This document shows positions 9,916 through 21,862 of a DNA stretch of 64,000 nt, in pieces. Position 1 is the first letter of the stretch. Each line of letters starts with the position of its first letter. The notes beneath the pieces are model-generated. The model was not told the origin of the DNA. It saw nothing but the letters and a program-made list of their open reading frames with translations, and ran no database searches. The translations under genes and the position numbers were made by a program. Source of the stretch: an uncultured Phycisphaerae bacterium (GTDB taxonomy: Bacteria; Planctomycetota; Phycisphaerae; UBA1845; PWPN01); NCBI GenBank assembly GCA_938005315.1, contig CALLOB010000037.1, positions 5,393 to 69,392 on the forward strand, given 5' to 3'.

Positions 9916-10020
9916 ATCCGTCGTCGGCGGGGCTGCTTCGCGGAATCCCGGCGGCCGCCGAACCCAGCCCAGCCTGTCGCTTGTGGCCGCGGGGTGCTCC
10001 CTGTCGACGGCCCGGAAGGT

Positions 10021-11520
10021 TCAGGCGGTGGAAGGGGAGGCGGAATCCGAATGCTCGGAGCCGAGGCGGTGCTCGACGGCCGCCCGGGCGATGCCCTTCA
10101 GCATTCCTGCGAAGACGAACCGGTGGATGGGCCAGAGGGCATACCAGTAGACCAGCCCGGCCAGGCCCGCGGGGTCGAAGACCGCGGTCTGGACCAGGCG
10201 CGTGCCGCCGTCGCGGGGGTCGGCTTCGAACTGCAGCCAGGCTCGCCCTGGAACCCGCATTTCCGCGGCCAGCCGCAGGAGGCTGTCGGGCACGAACGCC
10301 TCGACGCGCCAGAAATCGATCGTATCGCCGACGGCCACGGTGTCGGGATCGCGCCGCCCGCGGCGCAGGCCTACGCCGCCGAGGATCTGGTCGATCAGCC
10401 CGCGGATCCGCCACAGCAGGTTGCCATAATACCAGCCGCGCGAGCCGCCGATGCCCCGGATCGGGGCAAAGGCTGCCGCGGGGGGCAGGGGAACCCAGGT
10501 TTCGCGGCGGTCCACCAGGCGTGAGCCGAATCGTGAGCCGCCGAAGCCCGCGATCCGGCCGGACGAGGAGCGGGCGTCCGACCAGCGGGTCAGGGCGCAT
10601 TCCTGATCCTCGCAGGCCAGCGCCCGGGCGATGGCTTCGGCCAGACTTCGCGGTCGGATGTTGAAAACCTCCAGAGCCCGCCGATCCTTGACCACGGTGT
10701 CGCAGACGATGCTGTCGATGAGCTTTCGCCCGACGGCGGCGTTCAGCGGCGTGACCAGCCGCAGCCACAGGCTCGACAGCCGCGGGGTGAGCACCGGCAC
10801 GGGGATTATCCAGCGCCGCAGCCCTCTCTGACGGGCATATTCCCTCATGATGTCGAGATAGCTGGCCTGGTCCGGTCCGCCGATCTCGAAGACGGCGCTG
10901 CCCTCGACGGGCACGTCGGCCGCCGCCAGCAGGTAGGCCAGAACATCCTCGATGGCGATCGGCTGGGCCCGTCGCCGGACCCATCGCGGCGTCACCATGA
11001 CCGGCAGCCGGTCCACGAGGGCCCGGATCATCTCGAATGAGAAACTGCCGGAGCCGATGATGATCGACGCCCGCAGCTCGATGGTCGGCACCCGGCCCTC
11101 GCGGAGAATCCGGCCGACTTCCTGGCGGCTGGCCAGGTGGGCAGACAGTTCCGCGCCCCGACCCAGCCCGCCGAGATAAACGATGCGTCGAAGCCCCGCG
11201 ACGGCCGCGGCCTCGGCGAAGTTGCGGGCGGCGGCGCGTTCCTGCTCGTCGAATCGGCCGCCGGCGGCCAGCGAGTGAACCAGGTACCAGGCTACTTCGA
11301 CGCCCTTCATGGCCGCGGCGAGCGAATCCGGATCCAGCAGATCGCCGCGCACCGCTTCGGCGCCGGGCGGAAGACGCGGCCGCAGATGCTGAGGGTCGCG
11401 CGCCAGGCACCGGACGCGGTAGCCCGCGCCGCTCAACACGGGCAGGAGCCGTCCGCCGACGAACCCGGTGGCTCCCGTGAGGAGAACCAGTCGCCCCTGG
11501 TTGTTCGAGGCGTCATTCAT
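10021..11520 (-). CDS. SDR/NAD-dependent epimerase with C-terminal DUF2867-like domain (YbjT-like)
   Basis: TGATGFVGG Rossmann motif and YLVHS. C-terminal IGGSRGWYY...AEMRVPGRAWLQF...GLVYWY. Confidence 0.88.
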   Translation of the reverse strand: MNDASNNQGRLVLLTGATGFVGGRLLPVLSGAGYRVRCLARDPQHLRPRLPPGAEAVRGDLLDPDSLAAAMKGVEVAWYLVHSLAAGGRFDEQERAAARNFAEAAAVAGLRRIVYLGGLGRGAELSAHLASRQEVGRILREGRVPTIELRASIIIGSGSFSFEMIRALVDRLPVMVTPRWVRRRAQPIAIEDVLAYLLAAADVPVEGSAVFEIGGPDQASYLDIMREYARQRGLRRWIIPVPVLTPRLSSLWLRLVTPLNAAVGRKLIDSIVCDTVVKDRRALEVFNIRPRSLAEAIARALACEDQECALTRWSDARSSSGRIAGFGGSRFGSRLVDRRETWVPLPPAAAFAPIRGIGGSRGWYYGNLLWRIRGLIDQILGGVGLRRGRRDPDTVAVGDTIDFWRVEAFVPDSLLRLAAEMRVPGRAWLQFEADPRDGGTRLVQTAVFDPAGLAGLVYWYALWPIHRFVFAGMLKGIARAAVEHRLGSEHSDSASPSTA

Positions 11521-11605
11521 ATGCGCATTATAGGCCGGCCGCGGGGCGGATGCCCGGGACTGCGATTCTCGCGTAAACCGCCGGGCGGGGACCGTGCGAC
11601 GCGGC

Positions 11606-12838
11606 TCACTCGTAGCGCAGGGCCTCCACGGGGTCCAGGCTGGAAGCCTTGTAGGCCGGATAGATGCCGCTGACGATGCCGGTGAGCGTAGCCATGGCCA
11701 GGGCCCAGGCGACGGCCCTGGTGGTGGTGTAGGTTTCCAGTATCTGAGTGGCGTTTTCGAGCAGGTCGGCCATCAGACAGCCCATGCCGACGCCGAAGGC
11801 CCCGCCCAGCAGGCTGATGATGCTCGCCTCGATGAGGAACTGCCCGAGGATGTCGATGCGCTGGGCGCCGACCGCGATCCGCACGCCGATCTCCCGGGTG
11901 CGCTCCGTGACCGACACGAGCATGATGTTCATGATCCCAATGCCGCCGACCACCAGGCTGATCCCGGCGATGCTGTAGAGCACCACCTGGAAGATCTGCG
12001 AGACCTCCTGGAACTGCCGGCGCTGCTCCTCCTGGCTGGCGATCTGGAAATCATCCTTGCCGCCGGTGCGGATGCGGATGTCGTGCCGGCGGCGCAGCTC
12101 GCGCTTGATCTCGGCGATGGCGGCATCGACGCGCTCCGGCGAGACCGCCTGGACCGAGATGTTGTGCAGGAAGCGGATGCCCATCAGCCGCGACATCGCG
12201 GTGGTCACCGGCACGAAGACCTGGCGGTCCACGTTGAGGAAGCCGATGTTGCCGCGCTTCTCCATCACCCCGACGACGCGGAAGGGCACGCCCTTGATCT
12301 TGACCGCCTGTCCGACGGGGTTGGCCCCCCCGAAGAGGTTGCGGGCCACCCGGTGCCCGAGGACCACGACCTTGGCCTTGGCGTTGACGTCCTCGCGCTC
12401 CAGGAAGCGCCCCATCCCGGCCGCGACGCGGTAGGAGTACATGGCGGCGAAGGCCTCGCTGGTGCCCATGACCTCGACCTCGTCGTTGCGGCTGAAGTAC
12501 TTGATCGAGACGTTGCGCAGCGTCACCTGCGGCGCGGCCGCCTTGACATTGGGGCACAGCCGCGGGTCGGCCAGGGCTTCGGCGTCCTCCACGCTGAGCG
12601 TCTGGGCGATGCCCGTCACCCGCCCGCCGCTGCGGGCCAGCGCCGGGGTGATGATGATCGTGTCGCTGCCGAGACTCTCGAAACGCTCCACGATGTCGCG
12701 CTGCGAGCCCTCCAGGATGCTCATCGCCGAGATGACCGCGGCCACGCCGATGATCACGCCCAGCGTGGCCAGCAGCGAGCGCAGCAGGTTGGCCCGCAGC
12801 CCCCGAAGTGCCATCCAGATGACCTGGAGAACGAACAT
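11606..12838 (-). CDS. MacB/FtsX-like ABC transporter permease
   Basis: RSLLATLGVIIGVAAVI, GGIGIMNIMLVSVTERTREIG and DPVEALRYE motifs. Confidence 0.93.
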   Translation of the reverse strand: MFVLQVIWMALRGLRANLLRSLLATLGVIIGVAAVISAMSILEGSQRDIVERFESLGSDTIIITPALARSGGRVTGIAQTLSVEDAEALADPRLCPNVKAAAPQVTLRNVSIKYFSRNDEVEVMGTSEAFAAMYSYRVAAGMGRFLEREDVNAKAKVVVLGHRVARNLFGGANPVGQAVKIKGVPFRVVGVMEKRGNIGFLNVDRQVFVPVTTAMSRLMGIRFLHNISVQAVSPERVDAAIAEIKRELRRRHDIRIRTGGKDDFQIASQEEQRRQFQEVSQIFQVVLYSIAGISLVVGGIGIMNIMLVSVTERTREIGVRIAVGAQRIDILGQFLIEASIISLLGGAFGVGMGCLMADLLENATQILETYTTTRAVAWALAMATLTGIVSGIYPAYKASSLDPVEALRYE

Positions 12839-12866
12839 CGCATCTCCCCGCGCCGGACGCGGAAGG

Positions 12867-13616
12867 TCAGCCCCGCCCGGGCCGGAGCTTCTCGGCGCCC
12901 GTCCGCTCGGACAGCAGCTGGGCGCGGAGTTCTTCGTCTACCGGGCGGTCCTCGAGAATCCTGCCGTCGCGCATCCGCACCACCCGATCGGCCTGGGCGG
13001 CCACCGCCATCTCGTGCGTGACCAGGCAGATTGTCACCCCGGCGGCATGCAGCTCGTGGAACAGCTCCAGGATCTGCTCGCCGGTCCGCGAATCCAGGTT
13101 GCCGGTCGGTTCGTCGGCCAGCAGCAGCGGGGGGTTGTTGACCAGCGCCCGGGCGATGGCCACGCGCTGCCGCTCCCCGCCCGACAGTTCGCTGGGCCGG
13201 TGATGGGCCCGGTGTTCCAGACCCACGCGGCGCAGGGCCTGCATGGCCCGGGCGCGGGTGCCCCGGGCACGGGCGTAGATCAGCGGTACGGCCACATTGT
13301 CCACCGCGGTCGTACGGTTGATCAGGTTGAAGGTCTGGAACACGAAGCCGATCGACCGGTTGCGGACCCGGGCCAGCTGCCGGTCGCTCATCCGGTCCAC
13401 CTGCTGGCCGGCCAGCACGTAGGAGCCGGCGGTGGGGCGGTCGAGGCAGCCGATCAGATGCATCAGCGTGCTCTTGCCGCTGCCAGAGGCGCCGGTGATG
13501 CTCACGAACTCGCCCCGGGCCACATTCAGGTCCACGCCGTCCAGCGCATGCACGACAGTATCGCCCATGCGATAGTGCTTGGTCATGCCGCGGATGCTGA
13601 TGATCGGATCGTTCAT
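12867..13616 (-). CDS. ABC transporter ATP-binding protein (MacB/LolD-like)
   Basis: GASGSGKST Walker A, LSGGERQR signature, LLADEPTGNLD. Confidence 0.95.
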   Translation of the reverse strand: MNDPIISIRGMTKHYRMGDTVVHALDGVDLNVARGEFVSITGASGSGKSTLMHLIGCLDRPTAGSYVLAGQQVDRMSDRQLARVRNRSIGFVFQTFNLINRTTAVDNVAVPLIYARARGTRARAMQALRRVGLEHRAHHRPSELSGGERQRVAIARALVNNPPLLLADEPTGNLDSRTGEQILELFHELHAAGVTICLVTHEMAVAAQADRVVRMRDGRILEDRPVDEELRAQLLSERTGAEKLRPGRG

Positions 13617-13646
13617 GCGGCTCTCGGGTCGGGGTCGCACGCGGGG

Positions 13647-15032
13647 TTAGTCGTCCTCCTCGGCCCGCTCCTCGGCCCGACGTTCCTTGTCGGTCTTGAC
13701 CGGCAGCACGGTGAAGACCTCTTCGCCCTCGGAGAGCCCATCCAGCACTTCCACGTCGATGCCGTTGTCGGCCCCAAACCTGCACGGCCTGAACTCCCAG
13801 CCTTCGCGCGACTGCCCGGGCCGCCTCACCGGCACGTAGACTCCGAAGCCCTCGCCGTTGGGGTTCTTGCGGAACGCGTCGTAGCTCACCAGCAGGGCGT
13901 TGGTCACGCTGCGGGCGGTGAAGTGGGCCTCGGCCTGCGTGTTCAACAGCCCGACGAGCTCGTGACGGTTCTCGCTGGTGATCCGGATCCAGACCTTGAA
14001 GGTCGCGATGGCCTGGTTGAGTTCCGACTGCGGGGCGATCCGCTCGATCACTCCGTGAAACCGGCTCTGCGGAAAGGACTCCACCTCCACCTGCACCAGC
14101 TGGTCGGGGTCGATGGACGCCTCCGGGACGAAGACCGCCTGGGTGGCCGTCGGACCCGGCACCGCCGACGGCGGGGCCAGCTGCCGGACCAGCCCGATGT
14201 CCGCCTCGTCCACGTTGACCACCGCGTAGACCGCCGACACGTCGGCCAGCTCCACCAGCACGTTCCCGCCGGTCAGCGACTTGGTACCGCTGAGGACCAC
14301 CTCTCCCACCTGCACCGGCCGCTCCAGCACCATGCCGTCGATCGGCGAGAAGATTCGCGTCTCCCGCAACCGCTGCTGGGCGTCTTCCAGCGCCTTGCGG
14401 GCGTTCTTGACGTTCTCTTCGGCCACGCGCACGTCCTGCACGGCGGCCTCGATGGCCAGCGCGGCCTGCTGCATCTCGGCCCGGGCCGAAGCCAGCAGGG
14501 CGTCGGCCTCGCGCCTGGCACACTCGGCGTACTCGAACTCCGCCGGACCGGCCTGCCCCTCCTCGCGGAGCCGTCTGACGCGCTCATACTCGAAATCGGC
14601 CCGCCTGGACCGGGCCTCGGCCTGGGCGACCTTGGCTTCGGCCAGCCGCACCCCGACCTCCCGGTGCTGCCGCTCGGCGATCCGGGCCTGTTCCAGCGTG
14701 ACCTCCGCCCGGGCTAGGTCCGCCGTCGCCCGGTCCACGTTCCGCTGCTCGTCGTCCTCGTTCAGCCGGATCAGCAGGTCGCCCCTGCGGACCATCATGC
14801 CGACGTCGAAGGGTATCTCCACGATCTCACCGCTGGCCTGGGCCTTGATGCGGGTCACGCTGGCCGGCTTGATGTGACCGTTGGCGGTGATCGGGACGAC
14901 CAGGTCGCCCCGGCGCACGGTGGTTTTCTTGCCCTCCAGGAAGGACAGCGACAGCTGAGTGTTGCGCCGCACCCAGTAGTAGCCGCCGACCAGCACGCCC
15001 GCCAAGGCCAGGATGACGAGAAGTTTCTTCAT
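13647..15032 (-). CDS. Efflux transporter periplasmic adaptor subunit (MacA/HlyD family)
   Basis: N-terminal TM, lipoyl half motifs (ASGEIVEI...G; SPIDGMV), long coiled coil. Operon with the ABC genes. Confidence 0.9.
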   Translation of the reverse strand: MKKLLVILALAGVLVGGYYWVRRNTQLSLSFLEGKKTTVRRGDLVVPITANGHIKPASVTRIKAQASGEIVEIPFDVGMMVRRGDLLIRLNEDDEQRNVDRATADLARAEVTLEQARIAERQHREVGVRLAEAKVAQAEARSRRADFEYERVRRLREEGQAGPAEFEYAECARREADALLASARAEMQQAALAIEAAVQDVRVAEENVKNARKALEDAQQRLRETRIFSPIDGMVLERPVQVGEVVLSGTKSLTGGNVLVELADVSAVYAVVNVDEADIGLVRQLAPPSAVPGPTATQAVFVPEASIDPDQLVQVEVESFPQSRFHGVIERIAPQSELNQAIATFKVWIRITSENRHELVGLLNTQAEAHFTARSVTNALLVSYDAFRKNPNGEGFGVYVPVRRPGQSREGWEFRPCRFGADNGIDVEVLDGLSEGEEVFTVLPVKTDKERRAEERAEEDD

Positions 15033-15201
15033 GTTCCGCCGACTTTCACCGGTGTGCCGCGGGCCCGCCCGGCCGGCCGCCGGTTCACGATGTCGTCACT
15101 TCACCGCCGCCCTCGCCGGGCGGCGCTGGACCGGTGCCCTGGCCTGACGGCGCTCCGGACGGTTGCCTTGCGCACCGCACCGGAGGACAATACTCCGCGC
15201 C

Positions 15202-15924
15202 ATGCAAAGCGGCGCTACTATAGCCTGCGCTTCAACCGCTCACAACGTGCCGTCGCCGCGCCGCGAGCCGGTCGTCTGGACCTGCACCCTCCTGGTCGCC
15301 GCAGGCTGCACCGGCCTGGTCGCCGCCGCAGGCTGCACCGGGCCCGCGGCCGCACCGCTGGAAGTCGCCACGTGGGAGCTTGCCCGGGTCGAACCACTGA
15401 AACCCGTTCCCCTGGGTCGGGCCCGCATCAGCTTCGATCTTCCGCTCCCGCAGAGGCTCATCGAGGAGCTATCCCCCGAGTTCACGCTGCTGGTCATCCG
15501 CCAGAGGGCTGACTGGGAATCGCTGCGGCGATCGATCGGGCTGACGGCCGGCCCCGAGCCGGACCTCTCGGTCGGCGCGATCGTCGGCCTGGTCGCCTGG
15601 GTCGGGGAGTCGGCGGAGGCCGGCTGGCCTGTTCGCCTCACCGGCGTCCGGGCTCTGGCGGGCACGGCCTGGATCGACGCCGAGTTCGTTCCCGGCCTTT
15701 ACTACCCCCTGCGCGCCCCCGGTTACCTCGATCTCTGTTACGTGCCCGGTGTGAGCTCGGTTGGCGTGGTTCGCATCAATCATCGCGTTTTCGTCATCCA
15801 TCCGACCGTCCCGGCCGAGCCGGTCATCAGGTCTCAAACCCGGTTGCCTGACCACATCGGAGACGGAAATCCGCTCCAACCTCGCTCGGAAGAGCCCGGC
15901 GGATTCCTGCGTCCTCAGTGTTGA
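15202..15924 (+). CDS. Hypothetical lipoprotein
   Basis: LVAAGC lipobox-like motif (duplicated) followed by a globular region. Start may instead be GTG 15247. Confidence 0.55.
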   Translation: MQSGATIACASTAHNVPSPRREPVVWTCTLLVAAGCTGLVAAAGCTGPAAAPLEVATWELARVEPLKPVPLGRARISFDLPLPQRLIEELSPEFTLLVIRQRADWESLRRSIGLTAGPEPDLSVGAIVGLVAWVGESAEAGWPVRLTGVRALAGTAWIDAEFVPGLYYPLRAPGYLDLCYVPGVSSVGVVRINHRVFVIHPTVPAEPVIRSQTRLPDHIGDGNPLQPRSEEPGGFLRPQC

Positions 15925-16207
15925 CCTGGAGCAACGGCCCGGCGAGACTGACGTTGTTCTGGATCAACAGATGGCCGCCCGGCATGCCGATATTAGGTCG
16001 GGGGATGGCCGCAGCCCATGGCGTCCGGGGGTCTCTGGAAGCGACAACCGCCGTGACTGGACTGGCGGGGTCTGCGGCCCGTGGCGTCTGAGGATCCTTG
16101 ATGACCGGAGGCATCATGAGACCCGGGCTCAGGCACCTCGACGCACAGGCGTCGACTCGGTCATAGGCGGCGCGGTCAGGGGTGGGCAGAGGCGGTTAGA
16201 GGCCGCG

Positions 16208-17385
16208 ATGAGTGATTCCTCCACGGAGCCAGGTGCGCCCACGACGCATCCGGGCACCCCGCTGGCCGAATCGATGGATCTCGGCCGGCGCGTGTTCGAG
16301 TGCCTGTCACTGGGGCTGGCGGTGTTCGACCGGCGGCTGCAGGTGGTTCGCCACAACCCGGCGGCGGCCTTCCTGATCGGCGCGCATCGCTCGATCGCCG
16401 AGGCCCTGGCCGACGCCACGGTGGACTCCCGTTACCAGGACTGGGCCCGGGAATTGAACGAGGTTCTCCAGGACCGCCGCCCGCGGCGTTTCGACCAGGT
16501 GATCTACCGGCAGGGGGGTCGCGAGGATCGTCTGCTGAACCTCGTCTGTGTCCCGATGCTGGATGCCGCCGGGCTGGAGTGCACGGGCGGGACGCTGGTC
16601 ATCGAGGATGTCACCGCTGCGACCAGCATGGCCCAGCGTCTGGCGGTCTCCGAGCGCATGGCCGCCGTCGGCAAGCTGGCCGCCCGGGTGGCCCACGAGC
16701 TGAACAATCCGCTGGACGGCATCCTGCGTTATCTGAATCTCTCCCTGCGAGCCCTCGATCTGGGGCGGACCGAGAGGCTTTCCGACTATCTGCAGCAGGC
16801 TCGCACCGGTCTGATGCGCATGGCCGAGATCGTCCGGGAGCTGGTCGAGTTCTCACGCAGCACGCACACCGCGTTCGAGGACGCGGGCATCAACAGCATC
16901 GTCGAGGAGGCGGTCAAGGTCATGGCCGAGCAGGCCGTGCGTGCGGGCGTTTCGATCGTCTGCACGCTGACCGAGAACATGCCGGCCATCCGGGGCACGA
17001 GTCTCTTCCAGGTGTTCTGCAATCTGATCAAGAACGCCCTGGACGCCATGCCCGACGGGGGGACGCTGATGATCTCGACCGAACGCACCGAAACGGATGT
17101 TCTGATCCGTATGGCGGACACGGGGATCGGGCTGCCGGCCGACGCCTCCCGGATCTTCGAGCCGTTCTTCACCACCAAGCCGCCGGGCAAGGGCACCGGT
17201 CTGGGCCTGGCGATCTGCCGGGAGATCGTGGAGAAGTACAACGGCCAGATCCTGGCCGAGCGTCGGCCAGAGGGCGGGAGCCTGTTCACCGTGCGGATTC
17301 CGCTGTCGGCCTGCGCCACGATCCGCCAGCCCGGCAGCGAACCCTTCCGGGACCGTCCGCCGGCCCGGGGCGAGGAGGCCCGATC

Positions 17386-17389
<4 letters not shown>
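16208..17389 (+). CDS. PAS-domain sensor histidine kinase (NtrB-like)
   Basis: H-box AHELNNPL, N-box [32 protein letters not shown] region at the N-terminus. Confidence 0.93.
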
Positions 17390-18786
<1,397 letters not shown>

Positions 18787-18978
18787 TCGGATACGACACC
18801 GGCCCGCCGGCGCCTCTGTCTGCTCTGCCTGCGGCCGTAAGCGGCCCAAGCCGCCGGCCGGGCTTGAAAAGCCCGGTTTGCCGGGGTATGAAAACGATCT
18901 GAGGCGGCACGGCCCCGACGCCGGGTAGGATTCCCGGTGCCGGACCGCCCGACGGCTCCGGCCGCGCGAGGAACCAGC

Positions 18979-19497
18979 ATGAAGCTGCCTTCCACCAGGG
19001 GCGGCGGGAGTCTCTGCGACCGCTGCGTGGCCCTGTGCTGCCGATACTTCGCCTTCGAGATCGATCGTCCCCGGACGCGCCGGGATTTCGACGACATCCG
19101 CTGGTTCCTGCTGCACGAGGACGCGGCCGTTTTCGTCGAGGACGGCAAGTGGTACCTGCAGGTGAACCGGCGGTGCAGGGCCCTGCTCCCGGACAACCGC
19201 TGCGGCATCTACGAGAGCCGGCCGGCCATCTGCCGGGCCTACACGCCCAGGGAGTGCGACTGGCACGGGGACGAGTACGACTACGACAAGCTCTTCGTCG
19301 ACCCTGAGCAGATCATGGCCTACGCCCGCGAGTACCTGGCCGCACGGCGCCGGCGCCAGGCCGCCCGCCGGGCGAGGGGCCGCAAGACCCCGGCGCGTCC
19401 CGGGCGGCGCGGTGCCCGCAAGCTGCCCCGGTCCAGCAGAGCCGTGGCGAAAGGCCGCCGGGCGCGGGCGACAGGCGGTGTGCTCAAGTCGGCATGA
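18979..19497 (+). CDS. YkgJ-family (CxxCxxxCC) cysteine-cluster protein
   Basis: CDRCVALCC...CRAL...CGIYESRPAICRAY. Very basic C-terminal tail. Confidence 0.85.
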   Translation: MKLPSTRGGGSLCDRCVALCCRYFAFEIDRPRTRRDFDDIRWFLLHEDAAVFVEDGKWYLQVNRRCRALLPDNRCGIYESRPAICRAYTPRECDWHGDEYDYDKLFVDPEQIMAYAREYLAARRRRQAARRARGRKTPARPGRRGARKLPRSSRAVAKGRRARATGGVLKSA

Positions 19498-19533
19498 GGC
19501 GACCGGGGCGTCCTCTCCCGGACGGGCAACGGC

Positions 19534-20838
19534 ATGAAGTTCCAGGCGGTCAAGGGCACGCGCGACTTTTACCCCGAGGACATGGCGATCCGCAACTGGA
19601 TCACCGAGGCCTGGCGGCGGGTGTCGCTGCGCAACGGCTTCGAGGAGTACGACGGGCCGATCCTGGAGCTGCTCGACCTGTACCGGGCCAAAAGCGGCGA
19701 AGGTATCGTCTCGGAGCTGTTTCACCTCACCGACCGGGGCGACCGGGAGCTGGCCATCCGTCCCGAGATGACCCCCACGCTGGCCCGGATGATCAACGCC
19801 CGGGCCGGCGCCCTGCCGCGGCCGATCAAGTGGTTCAGCATGCCCCGGCTGTGCCGGGCCGAACGCCCGCAGCGCGGCCGGCTCCGCGAGTTCTTCCAGT
19901 GGAACATCGACATCGTCGGCCTGGATGATGCGGTCACCGACGCCGAATGCATCTTCGTCGCCCTGGACTTCTTCCGTGAGATCGGCCTGACGCCCGCCGA
20001 CATGGTCATGAAGGTCAACTGCCGGGCCCTGCTGGCGGCGCTGCTGTCGGCCCGGGGATTCGCCCCCCCGAGACACGCGGCCATTTTTGCGGTGCTGGAC
20101 AAGCGCGACAAGCTGCCGCCGGAGGCCTTCGCCGAGGCGGTCGAGAAGGTCTGCGCTTCGGCCGGGGAGCGAGAGACGCTGATCTCGATCAGCCAGGCCC
20201 GCGGTACCGAGGGGCTCGAGATCGTCGCCCGAGCGGCGGCCGGAGACGCCCGGGCGGAATCGTCGCTGGCCCGTCTGCGCAGCGTGCTGGATCTCCTGCA
20301 CCGCATGGAGGTGGGGGAGTACTGCAGCTTCGACATGGGCGTGGTCCGCGGGCTGGCCTACTACACCGGTACGGTCTTCGAGGGCTTCGGGCGAGGCGGT
20401 TTCAGCCGCGCGATCTGCGGCGGCGGGCGCTACGATCAGCTTCTGGAAAGCCTCGGGGGCCCGCCGATGTCGGGCGTCGGCTTCGGGACCTCCGACGTGG
20501 TGATTCAGGAGCTGCTGGAGGAGTTGGGGCGGATTCCGTCCCAGGCCCGGACCACGAGGCGCACCGAGGTATTCCTGATCGACGCGGCTCCCGAGATGTT
20601 CGACGCGGTGCTCGTCCTGGCCGCCCGACTGCGGCGGCGGGGGGTCGGCGCGGAGTTCAGCTACCGTCGGCAGAGTCTGGGCAAACAGCTCAAGCAGGCC
20701 TCGGCCGCCGGGGCGCTCCGGGTCGTCATCGTGGGCGAGGAGTACAAGGCCCGCGGGCACCTGGTGGTCAAGGACATGGCCAGCGGTCGGCAACAGGAGA
20801 TCCCGGCCGATGCATTCTGCGAGAACCCTTGCATGTGA
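19534..20838 (+). CDS. hisS: Histidyl-tRNA synthetase
   Basis: KGTRDF, RPEMT, RAERPQRGRLREFFQ, RGLAYYTG, GGGRYD motifs and anticodon domain. Confidence 0.97.
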   Translation: MKFQAVKGTRDFYPEDMAIRNWITEAWRRVSLRNGFEEYDGPILELLDLYRAKSGEGIVSELFHLTDRGDRELAIRPEMTPTLARMINARAGALPRPIKWFSMPRLCRAERPQRGRLREFFQWNIDIVGLDDAVTDAECIFVALDFFREIGLTPADMVMKVNCRALLAALLSARGFAPPRHAAIFAVLDKRDKLPPEAFAEAVEKVCASAGERETLISISQARGTEGLEIVARAAAGDARAESSLARLRSVLDLLHRMEVGEYCSFDMGVVRGLAYYTGTVFEGFGRGGFSRAICGGGRYDQLLESLGGPPMSGVGFGTSDVVIQELLEELGRIPSQARTTRRTEVFLIDAAPEMFDAVLVLAARLRRRGVGAEFSYRRQSLGKQLKQASAAGALRVVIVGEEYKARGHLVVKDMASGRQQEIPADAFCENPCM

Positions 20839-20905
20839 GGAACCGGCGCTTTGCGGGACGTCGCCGGCCGGCGGGCATGCGGCCACGGCGGGACCTGCGA
20901 CCCGC

Positions 20906-21451
20906 GTGGATTACGAGGCCGCCTTCGCAACCTTCCTCTCCTCCCGGGGCGTGCCCTACGTGGACGCCAACGACCATCGGGCGGCATCATTCTGGGGCGC
21001 GGCGGTCAAGTCTTTCGACTTCCTGGTATACCCTCCTGGCGGCCCGGCCTGGCTGGTGGACGTCAAGGGCCGCCGGTTTCCGTATACCGCCGGCGGCGGG
21101 GCACCGCGCTACTGGGAGAACTGGGTGACGCTCGGCGACCTGGAAGGTCTGGCCTGCTGGGAACAGGCCTTCGGCCCCGGTTACGAGGCCCGCCTGGTTT
21201 TCGCCTACCTGCTGGAGGGTGCCGAGAGCCGGTGGCCCGCGGCAACCCGATTCGCCCGCGCCGGGCATCGCTTCGCCTTCCTGGCCGTCCGGCTCGATGC
21301 GTACCGACGACACTGCCGACGGCGGTCGCCCCGCTGGCAGACCTGCACCGTGCCGGCGGAGGTGTTCCGCGGTATCGCCCGCCCCGTCGAGGAGATCCTC
21401 GATCCCGCGACGACCGGCGGGCGTCGTCGAGCCGGAGAAGGCCCGCCGTGA
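20906..21451 (+). CDS. HYExAFE-like family protein (PD-(D/E)XK nuclease-like)
   Basis: DYEAAF..FL..RGVPYV, KSFDFLV, LVDVKGRRF and WENWVT motifs. Start uncertain (20810 or GTG 20906). Confidence 0.75.
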   Translation: MDYEAAFATFLSSRGVPYVDANDHRAASFWGAAVKSFDFLVYPPGGPAWLVDVKGRRFPYTAGGGAPRYWENWVTLGDLEGLACWEQAFGPGYEARLVFAYLLEGAESRWPAATRFARAGHRFAFLAVRLDAYRRHCRRRSPRWQTCTVPAEVFRGIARPVEEILDPATTGGRRRAGEGPP

Positions 21452-21475
21452 ACGGCAGGCGGGAGTTCCACGGCG

Positions 21476-21862
21476 TCAATCCCGACCGGCCGGAGGTTCG
21501 GTGAAGAACAGGTCGTCCTCGCCGATGTCGGGGATTCCGACCACCAGGACGCGGAGCCGCCCGGCGGCGCTGTGGACCACACCGGGAGGGATGTGCACGA
21601 GGGAGCCCTTGCGGATCGCATGCTCGACGCCGTCCAGGCGGACGGAGCCCTCGCCCTCCAGCACGTAATACAGCTCGGTGGCACGCCTGTGGAAATGCTC
21701 CCGGGAGCCGTCGATCTCGACCACGTGAGCCCAGGCCGCCACACCGGAGGCAGCGTCTTCGCGGCTGATCAGCCGCAGGCGCCGGCCGCAGGTGCTGGAC
21801 TCGGCCCGGGCGTCCTCCTCGTGGCGAACGATCACGGGGCGGATTTCGGCGGAACTCATCAT
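21476..21862 (-). CDS. Cupin domain protein
   Basis: EHFHRRATELYYVLEGEG...IPPGVVH cupin motifs. Confidence 0.9.
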   Translation of the reverse strand: MMSSAEIRPVIVRHEEDARAESSTCGRRLRLISREDAASGVAAWAHVVEIDGSREHFHRRATELYYVLEGEGSVRLDGVEHAIRKGSLVHIPPGVVHSAAGRLRVLVVGIPDIGEDDLFFTEPPAGRD

